Positions 20,938 to 29,505 of a stretch of DNA of 64,000 bases are shown here, piece after piece; within the stretch, counting starts at the first letter, position 1; every line of letters starts with the position of its first letter. The translations under genes were made by a program, and so were the position numbers. Under the pieces are notes generated by a model. It saw nothing but the letters and a program-made list of their open reading frames with translations. It made no database searches and was not told the DNA's origin. This DNA is from a virus. The stretch lies in IMG/VR virus record IMGVR_UViG_3300013099_000018, positions 32,001-96,000 of that record. One strand, 5' to 3'.

Positions 20938-20960
20938 TTAATGCCACAAAGTTTATATAA
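20938..20960 (+). promoter_or_regulatory. Strong archaeal BRE-TATA promoter (TTAATGCCACAAAGTTTATATAA); implies leaderless start at ATG 20983
   Basis: Same motif as 22836, 23340, 23724. Confidence 0.7.
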
Positions 20961-22350
20961 CAATAACACCATAATGTTAAACATGGAGTTAGATAAGATT
21001 ATTGACAAAATAATAGAAGAATCAGGAAAAGAATCGGAAAAACAGCAAATAGCAATAAAACCAAAACTCATGTACAAAATAGGAACAGAAATCGAAACAG
21101 TAATAAGCGGTTATGACTGTGAAAGCTGTTCTTATTGTGCAATTTGCGACAATTGCCCAGTTTGTGAATATTGCCAAAATGAACAACTATATTGCGAAAG
21201 ATGTAATCCCGAAGACATAAGGGATTACGCAATAAGGCATGGATATCTTGAAGAAAATGATGATAGAGATATTTGCGAAGTTTGTCAAGAAAACTATTTG
21301 TGGCAAGAACTGGTGTGTGATTGTTGCGATAGGTGTAGTGATTGTGAATACATTTACAATAGGGATTATTGCCCATATAATGACTATTATAGCTTAGATG
21401 ACATTGATATTTCAAAGATTGAACCATACTTAGATAACTACTATTACGATGAATCTTGTGGCATGGAATTTGTTACTAAACCATTTAGCTCATTAAAAGA
21501 CTATTGGCATGCTATTAAGGCTATTGTTTCAGAAATTGGAAAAGAAAACATAAGCATTGAAGATAAATGTGGTGGACACATTAATATCTCCTGGGAAAAT
21601 GGCAATAAGTCATGGCTCGATTATGATACAATTATTGCCTCAAATATACTATTCTTTAGCGATTTGCTTAGCTATATGTTTTGTTTTCCTGATACTTACG
21701 AAAGATATGAATATAAGGAATTCCCAGATGAATATGACAACTACAAAAACCATTTCATAAACAAATACTGTTGTGTACATCTTAAGGATTATGCTGTAGA
21801 AATAAGATTCCCAGATTCACCTAAAGACGTTGATAACCATGTTTTGCTTACAGCTACGTTATTAGCAATTGCTCTAAAAACTTACGAAATTCCTTTCGAT
21901 GAACCAAACTTCAACAAAACTAAAGAAATCTATGAAAAGATAAACTATTATGGTAAAGAATTAAACAAATTAGATAAACTATATCTTAGGAATAAGTTTA
22001 AACTACTTATTAAGTTTATAAGAAAACCACTTATAAAACTTAGCAAAGAACTAGGGGTAAACTTACTAAAAGCTCTAGAATACCGATTTAAATATCCAAA
22101 ATATGAAGAATCCACAGATTCTGAATTTGACTTAAGCAAATTTGCAATTAAGCAAAATACCAAATATAGAACTAAAAGCAAAACAACACAACTACAAACT
22201 AAAATTATTTTTGTCGAAACTGATGATAAACTAAACACTATCCTAACAAAAATAGCATGGAGTAGTAACAACTTCAATGAATTCATCAGTAAGCTTGAAA
22301 GTTTAGGCATCGACAGAAAAGTTGTAAACCAGATAAAAGCTTGGGGGTGA
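20941..22350 (+). CDS. Putative amidoligase (glutamine-synthetase/COOH-NH2 ligase fold) with acidic Cys-rich insert; probable start 20983
   Basis: IGTEIE (ExE), GMEFVT, CGGHINIS, VEIRFPD; about 18 Cys in CxxC repeats between the first two motifs. Confidence 0.72.
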   Translation: MPQSLYNNNTIMLNMELDKIIDKIIEESGKESEKQQIAIKPKLMYKIGTEIETVISGYDCESCSYCAICDNCPVCEYCQNEQLYCERCNPEDIRDYAIRHGYLEENDDRDICEVCQENYLWQELVCDCCDRCSDCEYIYNRDYCPYNDYYSLDDIDISKIEPYLDNYYYDESCGMEFVTKPFSSLKDYWHAIKAIVSEIGKENISIEDKCGGHINISWENGNKSWLDYDTIIASNILFFSDLLSYMFCFPDTYERYEYKEFPDEYDNYKNHFINKYCCVHLKDYAVEIRFPDSPKDVDNHVLLTATLLAIALKTYEIPFDEPNFNKTKEIYEKINYYGKELNKLDKLYLRNKFKLLIKFIRKPLIKLSKELGVNLLKALEYRFKYPKYEESTDSEFDLSKFAIKQNTKYRTKSKTTQLQTKIIFVETDDKLNTILTKIAWSSNNFNEFISKLESLGIDRKVVNQIKAWG

Positions 22351-22835
22351 AAACATGCCAAAGTGTCGAATTTGCGGTGAATGGTTTATAGGGGGAAGTC
22401 CAAAGCATGATGATGACATATGCCTATACTGCTACTTAAAATCATGGGCGAAAAATAAAATCGCAGAAATAAAACAAAAACAATAAAAATGCTCGATAAA
22501 TGTCAGCATGTGGGAATCAGACATTATGACACGGCAGTCATTATAAAAATCGCATTATAAAAACCCCAAAAAGGAAATCACGGTAGGCATGGACATTAGC
22601 AAAGGGTGAAAACAATAAAAACCAAATTATAAAAATCCGCAATAGAATGCGGAGGCGGGGGCGGAGACTAACATGGGGGCGAAATTATAAAAATCAAATT
22701 ATAAAAATCCCAGAATGGGGGGCGAAAGAGGCTCATGTCGAGCCGTTTTCATTCATCTGTCGGAATATTCTTGATATCCTTTACATCGAGCCATTTTTAT
22801 AAATATGTCGAGAGGTTTTAATTGTTATGTCGAGC
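22351..22835. repeat. Non-coding region with paired TTATAAAAA boxes, GGGGGCG(A/G)A and TCGAG repeats; degenerate inverted copy of the terminal boxes
   Basis: CATTATAAAAATCGCATTATAAAAACC etc. match the reverse complement of 20160-20246. Confidence 0.65.
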
Positions 22836-22869
22836 TAATACCGCAAAGTTTATATAGCAATTGCGGTAT
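22836..22869 (+). promoter_or_regulatory. BRE-TATA promoter inside inverted repeat ATACCGCAA-N14-TTGCGGTAT
   Basis: TAATACCGCAAAGTTTATATAGCAATTGCGGTAT. Confidence 0.75.
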
Positions 22870-22883
22870 AGGATAAGATAGAG

Positions 22884-23258
22884 GTGGTTGAGATGGCAAA
22901 GGCTAAGGTGGATAGGGTTGAATTGGAAATGGTAAAAATAGTAGAAGAGTTAGCAAAGAAATTCGGGGCAGAAGTTCATGTAGATGGTCAAACAGTCTAT
23001 ATACACAAGCCAGTACAACCAAAAATCCTTGCACACAGTGCGATAAAGGTCGCAGAAATCGGAGAGAACATCTACGAGGTGCAGGCGAGTATTGTCGTGA
23101 GAAAAGGAGATGAATCCAAAATTTCAAGCATAATTCCTGGTTCATGCATTTGTGCTTACAGTTTTGGTGAATACTACTTAACAATATTCGCAACTGGAGC
23201 ATATGGTATTGAAAAACTCAGGAACATTCTAGAGCCAATCATAAAACTTTCAATCTAA
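22884..23258 (+). CDS. Small early protein, unknown function; probable start 22893
   Basis: GAGGTGG RBS, dedicated promoter, T-rich terminator. Confidence 0.7.
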   Translation: MVEMAKAKVDRVELEMVKIVEELAKKFGAEVHVDGQTVYIHKPVQPKILAHSAIKVAEIGENIYEVQASIVVRKGDESKISSIIPGSCICAYSFGEYYLTIFATGAYGIEKLRNILEPIIKLSI

Positions 23259-23339
23259 TTATTTCTTTAATTATTTCTCCTTTTTTGTAATAATTCTAAA
23301 ATTGTTTAGCTTGGTTCTATCTGCTAATCCTCTATAGTG

Positions 23340-23361
23340 TAATACCACAAGATTTATATAA
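23340..23361 (+). promoter_or_regulatory. BRE-TATA promoter TAATACCACAAGATTTATATAA
   Basis: Near-identical to 22836 and 23724. Confidence 0.72.
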
Positions 23362-23387
23362 CAATTATGGCATAGTTAGGTATAGAG

Positions 23388-23651
23388 GTGGTTGAGATGG
23401 AGGGTAGGGTTGAATTGGAAAAAACAGTATGGTATACTTATGGTAAGCTGGAAGCAGTCCTAAGTAGCCTTAGAGAGATAAAAACAGAAGTTGGACATAT
23501 AGCTGTAATCTTACACAGTATGAAATACAAAGATGAAACTGTACTAAAGACATTCACAGAGTTACTTGATAAATATGGTGAAGATATAAGGCTATTAATG
23601 TCGAGATTAGAATCTATAGTCCAGCTACTTCAGGAATATAAAAACTATTAA
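23388..23651 (+). CDS. Small helical early protein; probable start 23397
   Basis: RBS/5' end shared with 22884 gene. Confidence 0.68.
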   Translation: MVEMEGRVELEKTVWYTYGKLEAVLSSLREIKTEVGHIAVILHSMKYKDETVLKTFTELLDKYGEDIRLLMSRLESIVQLLQEYKNY

Positions 23652-23723
23652 ATCCTTTTTTGTTTTTCCACCTTATTCGTTTCTAAAGAATCTCAAGCCA
23701 TTATATCTAAATCCCTATCTCAT

Positions 23724-23745
23724 TAATACCGCAAGGTTTATATAA
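23724..23745 (+). promoter_or_regulatory. BRE-TATA promoter TAATACCGCAAGGTTTATATAA
   Basis: Precedes GATase-ligase pair. Confidence 0.72.
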
Positions 23746-23780
23746 CGTTTGTTCGACTATTTTATTGTAGAGGTGGTAGT

Positions 23781-24632
23781 ATGTGCGGTATAGGTGGAGT
23801 TTGGGGATTAGGTGATGTAAGACTGGACAAGAGAGATGCCAAGAGACTCATCGAGCTAGCAATCTATCTGCAATCGAGAGGCGATAAAGCCTTTGGCTTT
23901 TACAATGGTGAAAACGTGATAAAGTTCCCTTCCAGTGCTTCAGATGTCATCGAGATGATTGATAGGATAAGACCATTCAGTGAGCTTGTTGTAGGTAGAA
24001 ACATGTTCCTAATGCACACCAGAGAGCCAACCATTGGAGACCCATTGAAAAACAAAAACAACCATCCTTTCGAGCTTAAGGATATAGTATTTGCTCACAA
24101 TGGCATGCTTTACGAATATACATTGTTCAAGGACATAAGGAGTGGAAATTCTAAATTCGATTACGATTACGAATACATCGATACCTATGAAATACTTGGT
24201 AAAGTTGAAACGGATTTGCCTGAAACAGACTCATTCGAAATAGGAGTAGCAATTCAAGAAGAGTATAACAAATACAATGATTTCATCGAGGCTCTCGAAA
24301 GAGCCTTAAGCTACTTGATATATTTCGGGGACATGGCACTCTGGATATATTCAAAGAAAGATGACCTACTTGCTTTATTCAGATTTGAAAGACCATTGTT
24401 CTATGGTTTCAAAAACAGCAAGCTATGGTTTGCATCAGAAAGATGGATGCTCGAAGAAATCAGGGTCAAGAAAATCAAAGCTTTAAGAGACTGTGAACTC
24501 CTCGTTTATTCAAGAGACGGAGAAGAATACAATGACTTCATCGAGTTCAAGGTTAAAGGGAAATCACTAAACTGCGATTGCCATGTTGAGGAAGAATGGG
24601 ATATCTGGAGAGATTGGAGATTTTACCTCTAA
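23781..24632 (+). CDS. Class II (Ntn) glutamine amidotransferase
   Basis: Catalytic Cys2 in MCGIGG; QSRG, HTR, NNHPF, AHNG, ETDS. Confidence 0.9.
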   Translation: MCGIGGVWGLGDVRLDKRDAKRLIELAIYLQSRGDKAFGFYNGENVIKFPSSASDVIEMIDRIRPFSELVVGRNMFLMHTREPTIGDPLKNKNNHPFELKDIVFAHNGMLYEYTLFKDIRSGNSKFDYDYEYIDTYEILGKVETDLPETDSFEIGVAIQEEYNKYNDFIEALERALSYLIYFGDMALWIYSKKDDLLALFRFERPLFYGFKNSKLWFASERWMLEEIRVKKIKALRDCELLVYSRDGEEYNDFIEFKVKGKSLNCDCHVEEEWDIWRDWRFYL

Positions 24633-24635
24633 TTT

Positions 24636-25667
24636 TTGGATTTAAGTGAGGTGATGGGTATGCTCCTTTCGAGGTTGGAAGAAGCTTTAGAGGCTAAGTT
24701 TGAAAAAGAGGTTGTAATTGGTGCTGAGATGGAAATCTATCTCATCGACATCTATGAAGATAGATATGAACTACTAAATGAGAAAGACGTAATCGAGGAC
24801 ATTTACTCAGAGTTCGATGAAAGGGTTTACAAAGACTACTATGAGTACCAGCTTGAGATTAGAACTAATCCTTCTGAGGACTGGAAAGAAGTTGCTGATG
24901 AGCTAATCGAGCTAATGAAAGAGGTTTCGAGAGTTGCAAGAGAAAAAGAATGTATCATAGCTCCAGTTTCGTATATCAAAGGAGGAATGTTCTGCGGTTT
25001 CCATGTTCACGTTAGCTACAAGCCCGAAATGAGCTTTGGCAGAATGGTCGAGCATGCTTTAGCAATGTACCCATTTGTTCTCGATATTACAAGAATTACA
25101 TTGTCCGCTCCATTTAAGAGCGAAAGATACGGTGAAGTGTTAAGTCTTAGACAACTTGAAAGTCCTCACATCGGAACTCTACCGTTGCATTATGACAACT
25201 ATGAATACGAAGATTACTGGATATATGATGAAGAGGCTAACTTAAGTCATAGGTATCATGATATAATCATAAACACTAACCGTAAAGAGGGAAGGCATAG
25301 AATTAAGAGCGTTGATACCATCGAGATAAGAATGTTCGATTGCGTTGGTTACAAGAGTGCTATATATTGCATAATTGAATCAGTTTACAACATTGCTAAG
25401 TACGTCAATCCAGAGTGGTTCAATAGATATAGGCGTAATTACTCATTAATGTTAAGAATAAGAGACTTGATAAACAATTCAAGAATCATGCTCGTCAATC
25501 CTAACGATTGGATTAATCCTCTAACTCTAATAAGGTTGGATGAATTACTAACGTACCTCGATGTCGAGAATCGCATCGTTAGCCCTTGGGTATACTATGT
25601 CTACTGGGATTGCTATGACGTGGTACATCCAGAGACTCATGCCAAGTATAGGTATCCCATTGCATAA
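24636..25667 (+). CDS. Glutamate-cysteine ligase family 2 / COOH-NH2 ligase; probable start 24660
   Basis: IGAEMEI, QLEIRT, CGFHVHVS, TIEIRMFD; GAGGTGA RBS. Confidence 0.82.
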   Translation: MDLSEVMGMLLSRLEEALEAKFEKEVVIGAEMEIYLIDIYEDRYELLNEKDVIEDIYSEFDERVYKDYYEYQLEIRTNPSEDWKEVADELIELMKEVSRVAREKECIIAPVSYIKGGMFCGFHVHVSYKPEMSFGRMVEHALAMYPFVLDITRITLSAPFKSERYGEVLSLRQLESPHIGTLPLHYDNYEYEDYWIYDEEANLSHRYHDIIINTNRKEGRHRIKSVDTIEIRMFDCVGYKSAIYCIIESVYNIAKYVNPEWFNRYRRNYSLMLRIRDLINNSRIMLVNPNDWINPLTLIRLDELLTYLDVENRIVSPWVYYVYWDCYDVVHPETHAKYRYPIA

Positions 25668-25875
25668 TTTTTTTATATTTAGTATTATTAAGTGCTACCG
25701 TTATAAAATAATCCTAGGGGAAATAATTTTCATGGTGTTACTCAATTAAAATTGTGGTTTGGGATTTCTTTTTTATCTCTGATTCGGATAATTCGAAATG
25801 TTGTTGCATTCGATGAATAGTTTAATTATAGGGTTCGTTTAATTGTCGAGATTTGAGGTAAAGCTAATATAGATA

Positions 25876-26163
25876 TTGTGGTATAGTTTGAATATTATTG
25901 ATGAAATACTGGATAGAGCTAAAAAATCTAAGGTGATTTATGAGATACTCAGTATCTCAAAAGAACAATATGATGAGTTGTTTAGGCAATATTCAGAGGA
26001 GTTTAAGCAAATAGTTAAGACTGGAAAGTTTGTTGAAGCTTCCGTTAAGTTACTGAGGTGGTTGGGATTCGATGAAAGTGAGATTGATTTGGATAAGTTG
26101 ATTAAGGGGGTAGTAGTGATGAAAGTATTGGTACATTATTTAAACAAAAGCAAAAAAAGCTAA
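25876..26163 (+). CDS. Hypothetical protein
   Basis: Charged helical ORF. Confidence 0.5.
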   Translation: MWYSLNIIDEILDRAKKSKVIYEILSISKEQYDELFRQYSEEFKQIVKTGKFVEASVKLLRWLGFDESEIDLDKLIKGVVVMKVLVHYLNKSKKS

Positions 26164-26173
26164 AACGTAATAT

Positions 26174-26431
26174 TCAATAAAAGAATTCGTCATCGTTTAC
26201 TACTTTTTTTACTTCTACGAAATCCCATATTTTGATGTCGTTCATTATTCTTTCGAACTCCTCTTTTTCCCGAGGGTTTGTAAGGTCAAATGTTTTCTCA
26301 AAGCCTAATCTTCCAGCTTTTGCTTGAACTATTGCTTTGTTGTCGAATTTCTTAACTCTGTAGAGTTTGTACCTTGATGTTGCTACTGCTTCTAAGAAAG
26401 TATCCCATTCATCTATTATGTACACTACCAT
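26174..26431 (-). CDS. Hypothetical protein
   Basis: 85-aa ORF with normal composition. Confidence 0.6.
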   Translation of the reverse strand: MVVYIIDEWDTFLEAVATSRYKLYRVKKFDNKAIVQAKAGRLGFEKTFDLTNPREKEEFERIMNDIKIWDFVEVKKVVNDDEFFY

Positions 26432-26483
26432 ATTAAAGAATAGGTATAGTTTGCATTTTTAATAAACTTTATCAAGTGTAATT

Positions 26484-26499
26484 GAGAAAACTTTATAAG
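26484..26499 (+). promoter_or_regulatory. BRE-TATA promoter GAGAAAACTTTATAAG with no downstream protein gene on this strand
   Basis: Canonical spacing puts the start at ~G26521. Confidence 0.65.
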
Positions 26500-26520
26500 T
26501 CTGTGTCTTAGATGTCGTTT

Positions 26521-26640
26521 GAGATGTGCCGTGTGAGGGTGCACGGTGAACGGGGTCAAGGAGATGTAATCCCGAATCCGATGAGACCCAAGGATGAAGG
26601 ATGCGTTGATAGCATCCAGACACACCTTCTGGACATTCTC
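26521..26640 (+). ncRNA. Novel GC-rich multibranched ncRNA candidate (~120 nt)
   Basis: 64/120 GC; closing stem GAGAUGU/ACAUUCUC; hairpins CCGUG/CACGG, GGGUC/GACCC, GGAUGC/GCAUCC, UCCAGA/UCUGGA; own promoter. Confidence 0.6.
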
Positions 26641-26680
26641 TTCCACAAATAAAGCATTTGTACTTTTTCATGATATTAAG

Positions 26681-27049
26681 TCAATCTAACTTAGTCATGT
26701 GTTCTATTGACAGAACTAACTGAGGGTCTTTTGTTCCATCTTCAAGTATATACTCGTATTCATAAGCATCCTTAAGCCATTTATACAATGCTGAGATGTA
26801 TAGTTGTTCACCTTCTCCAGTATCATACACGATTATGATTGACTTTACTCCTATATCCCTAAGAATGTTGATAATCCGTTTCGAGATTCCGAAACCTTTG
26901 AACTTTCTGAAGAAATGGTCATAGTGTCTCCTTCTCGTTACATAGACTAAGCCATTCTGAGATTTTTTGATAGTTCCAACTAACTTTTTACCAATGAAGA
27001 CTTCTACATTCTGTTTCAGAATTTTATTTCTTCTTAATTTGACCTTCAT
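26681..27049 (-). CDS. Hypothetical protein
   Basis: Translationally coupled to AbrB gene. Confidence 0.65.
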   Translation of the reverse strand: MKVKLRRNKILKQNVEVFIGKKLVGTIKKSQNGLVYVTRRRHYDHFFRKFKGFGISKRIINILRDIGVKSIIIVYDTGEGEQLYISALYKWLKDAYEYEYILEDGTKDPQLVLSIEHMTKLD

Positions 27050-27279
27050 TCTCCATCTTCCTTCTTAATTCTTATGACAATGCAATCCTTGAGCAATTCG
27101 TATAGTTCTTTAGAGTCTCTTTCAAGTGCTTCTGGTAATACTCTGTAGAACTCCAAGGTATCCCCAAGCTCTATCTTGAAATTGTCAAGTACATTCTTAG
27201 GTATTGTTACAGATAAAGAATACTGTCCCTTTTTGTTCACCTTGCTTTTACCCAACTTAATACCTAAATCCTCTTTCAT
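27046..27279 (-). CDS. AbrB/SpoVT/MazE-type DNA-binding protein
   Basis: KVNKKGQYSLSVTIPK...IELGDTLEF. Confidence 0.78.
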   Translation of the reverse strand: MKEDLGIKLGKSKVNKKGQYSLSVTIPKNVLDNFKIELGDTLEFYRVLPEALERDSKELYELLKDCIVIRIKKEDGE

Positions 27280-27339
27280 GCTATCACCACTATCTTATTA
27301 AAAATAGAAGGAATATATAACTTTCGTGCTTAGTGCAAA

Positions 27340-27585
27340 TTAAAGAGTTAGGATTTCTATGAATTCCTCTTTAACAACTATAACATTTTTACCTCTGCAA
27401 TTGTTATACACTCTTCTTACGAGGTTTAGAGCTTGCATTATGTTATCTGCTCTAACCCTTGTAACCTTTGAAGTGTCGTCTACAATTATACAGACGTAAA
27501 CATTCTCTTTAGAGGTCATCATATCCATAAAAAATTTATAAGAAATGTTAAAAAATTTAATCATTTTCTGATATGAGCTTTGCAA
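27340..27585 (-). CDS. Hypothetical protein, probable internal start
   Basis: Short ORF. Confidence 0.4.
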   Translation of the reverse strand: MQSSYQKMIKFFNISYKFFMDMMTSKENVYVCIIVDDTSKVTRVRADNIMQALNLVRRVYNNCRGKNVIVVKEEFIEILTL

Positions 27586-28405
27586 GGGTATTACTGTTTG
27601 ACTTAAACTTAGCTTTGTTTTTATGTCTCTTAGATTTTCTTGATTTATATTCTTCCTCTGCCTTTGCTACCATTTCATCGTAGTTGTCTGGAACTACTAT
27701 TACCTTGATACCTCTTTCTTCAAGCTTATCGTATTCTTCCTTTTTAGCTTTGTAATCACTCTCTTTGATTAGTATTTCGAAATGAGTTGGTCTAAATGCC
27801 ATAAAGATTCCTGAATGCTTTTTCATTTCATAACCTACCAAGGTGTTTTTGTTTTCAATGTATAGGTCTACTGCTTTCCTGTGAGCAAGATAGACTAATG
27901 TTTTACCTAACTCAAAATCTCTTGGTATTGATGGTACTGCTTTACTCACTCCAAGTTTTTCTGCCTCTATGGCAAAATCATGCGGTGTTGGATAGAATTT
28001 CTCTCCAACCCATAGCATAAATGCCTTCTCTGGTGGATGGCATACTGGACAATGAATATCACATGAACATGGCTCTGGGTGTCTTTTTATAGCAATTCTG
28101 CAATCTTTACACAACCATATATTTACGAATTTTCTTTCTGCAAATTCATTTGCTTTCTCCATCTGTTCTCCACATTGTGGACATGCTATGACCTCATCTC
28201 CACACTCTCTCAATAGTCTTCTTGGGTTTAGTCTGACCCACCCTCTTGTAAACTTGATTCCTTCACCGCATACTGGACATGCTGTCAGTGGAAATGGTAA
28301 TCTGTGGCATGGTACTGGTATCCCTTCTCCTCTAATGTATAGTTTCCCTACATGTCTATATCCACAACCTCTTCTTGGCTCTAACCCCCTCAAATACTCA
28401 ACCAT
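27557..28405 (-). CDS. Multi-Cys zinc-binding protein, unknown function
   Basis: RGCG, CPVCG, CPQCG, CKDC, CSC..HCPVC. Confidence 0.7.
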   Translation of the reverse strand: MVEYLRGLEPRRGCGYRHVGKLYIRGEGIPVPCHRLPFPLTACPVCGEGIKFTRGWVRLNPRRLLRECGDEVIACPQCGEQMEKANEFAERKFVNIWLCKDCRIAIKRHPEPCSCDIHCPVCHPPEKAFMLWVGEKFYPTPHDFAIEAEKLGVSKAVPSIPRDFELGKTLVYLAHRKAVDLYIENKNTLVGYEMKKHSGIFMAFRPTHFEILIKESDYKAKKEEYDKLEERGIKVIVVPDNYDEMVAKAEEEYKSRKSKRHKNKAKFKSNSNTLAKLISEND

Positions 28406-28530
28406 ATGTAATGTTATGTGTTTTATCTATATAAGACTTATGGTTATATTATAGTAAGTAGATAAGTTGTATATTTATAACCTCTTAGATTTAGTTAAGT
28501 TTATATAACAGTTCTTACAGAAATAAGAAC

Positions 28531-28872
28531 ATGTGGAAGGTGGAAAATGCAAAAAAGGCTTTTTTAGGAGAGTTCGAAAAGCCTTTCGTGTTAAAGATGA
28601 GAAACTACGAAGCTACAATAGACTTAGCAAGCGTTAAAGTTGCAGAAGAATACATAGATTCAAGAAAGGCAAGCGAATTAGCTGAAAGGTTTGGATTAAG
28701 CCTTGTAATGCTTAAGAACGGTGATAAGACTTGGTTCATATTTTCTCCAAAAGACATTAAAAGCTTGGGTGAAATTTCAACAAAATGCGATATATCTCTG
28801 AAACAATGGATTCGTAAGAACTTTGTTAAGTTTTTGATAATGCTAAACTACGTTTGTAATTCTTATAGATAA
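28531..28872 (+). CDS. Hypothetical protein
   Basis: TTTATATAA ~25 nt upstream (leaderless). Confidence 0.6.
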   Translation: MWKVENAKKAFLGEFEKPFVLKMRNYEATIDLASVKVAEEYIDSRKASELAERFGLSLVMLKNGDKTWFIFSPKDIKSLGEISTKCDISLKQWIRKNFVKFLIMLNYVCNSYR

Positions 28873-28884
28873 AGAGGTGATTGT

Positions 28885-29103
28885 ATGAAAGGATTTAGGC
28901 AAATTGTAAAAAGGGAAAAAGGTAAAGTTGAAAGAGTATTTATACATGAAGGTTGCGGTGGGAGGCTAATTTTAAGTGATGTCAACTATGACATAGCTTT
29001 TGGGGCATTAGGTGCAAGAAAACTAGTATTTACTGGTATAACATGTAAGTGTGAAAAATGCGGTATGGAAATCTACATATCAGCATATGATTTTGAAAGA
29101 TAA
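28885..29103 (+). CDS. Small Zn-ribbon protein
   Basis: HEGC...CEKC; GAGGTGA RBS. Confidence 0.58.
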   Translation: MKGFRQIVKREKGKVERVFIHEGCGGRLILSDVNYDIAFGALGARKLVFTGITCKCEKCGMEIYISAYDFER

Positions 29104-29110
29104 ACAATAG

Positions 29111-29503
29111 ATGTACAAAGGTGATATCATGGTTCTGGTTTATCCTTTTTTGAGGATTACGTTTAAACTCAAAGAACCGTTGGATTGCTTACTCAACAAA
29201 GGCAGAGTTTATACAATAAGACCATTTGCAGTAAGAGAAGGGATAAAAAGAGTAATTGATGGAAGAACTAACAAGGTTGTAGCGATAGCAAGCGTAACAA
29301 AAGTTGGTAGAGTTTATTTGAGCAGAATGGCAGTAAAAGTTCAAGACAAGTACATCTCACTGAGCAACTTTGTAGAGTTTAGCGGTTTCAACAGCTTGGA
29401 AGAATGGATTGTAGCGTTATACAAAGTAACTAATAATACGAAAGATGCTAAACTATACTTGTATGAGGTTGAGCTTTTGAAAAAAATAAAGAATAGAGAG
29501 TAG
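29111..29503 (+). CDS. ASCH/PUA-like domain protein
   Basis: KGRVYTIR (GxKxxTxR-like) and SGFNSLEEW...LYLYEV. Confidence 0.5.
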   Translation: MYKGDIMVLVYPFLRITFKLKEPLDCLLNKGRVYTIRPFAVREGIKRVIDGRTNKVVAIASVTKVGRVYLSRMAVKVQDKYISLSNFVEFSGFNSLEEWIVALYKVTNNTKDAKLYLYEVELLKKIKNRE

Positions 29504-29505
29504 GT

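Noticed and set aside
26521-26640. 5S rRNA, tRNA or hammerhead identity for the ncRNA
   Set aside because: AUCCCGAAUCCG and CCGAUGAG only loosely resemble 5S loop C and the hammerhead core; helix layout and the GAAA/T-loop consensus do not fit.
26425-26671. Minus-strand ORFs of 70 and 73 aa
   Set aside because: Atypical composition and overlap with the GC-rich structured element with its own plus-strand promoter; the MKKYKCFICG start could still be a real or relic micro-gene.
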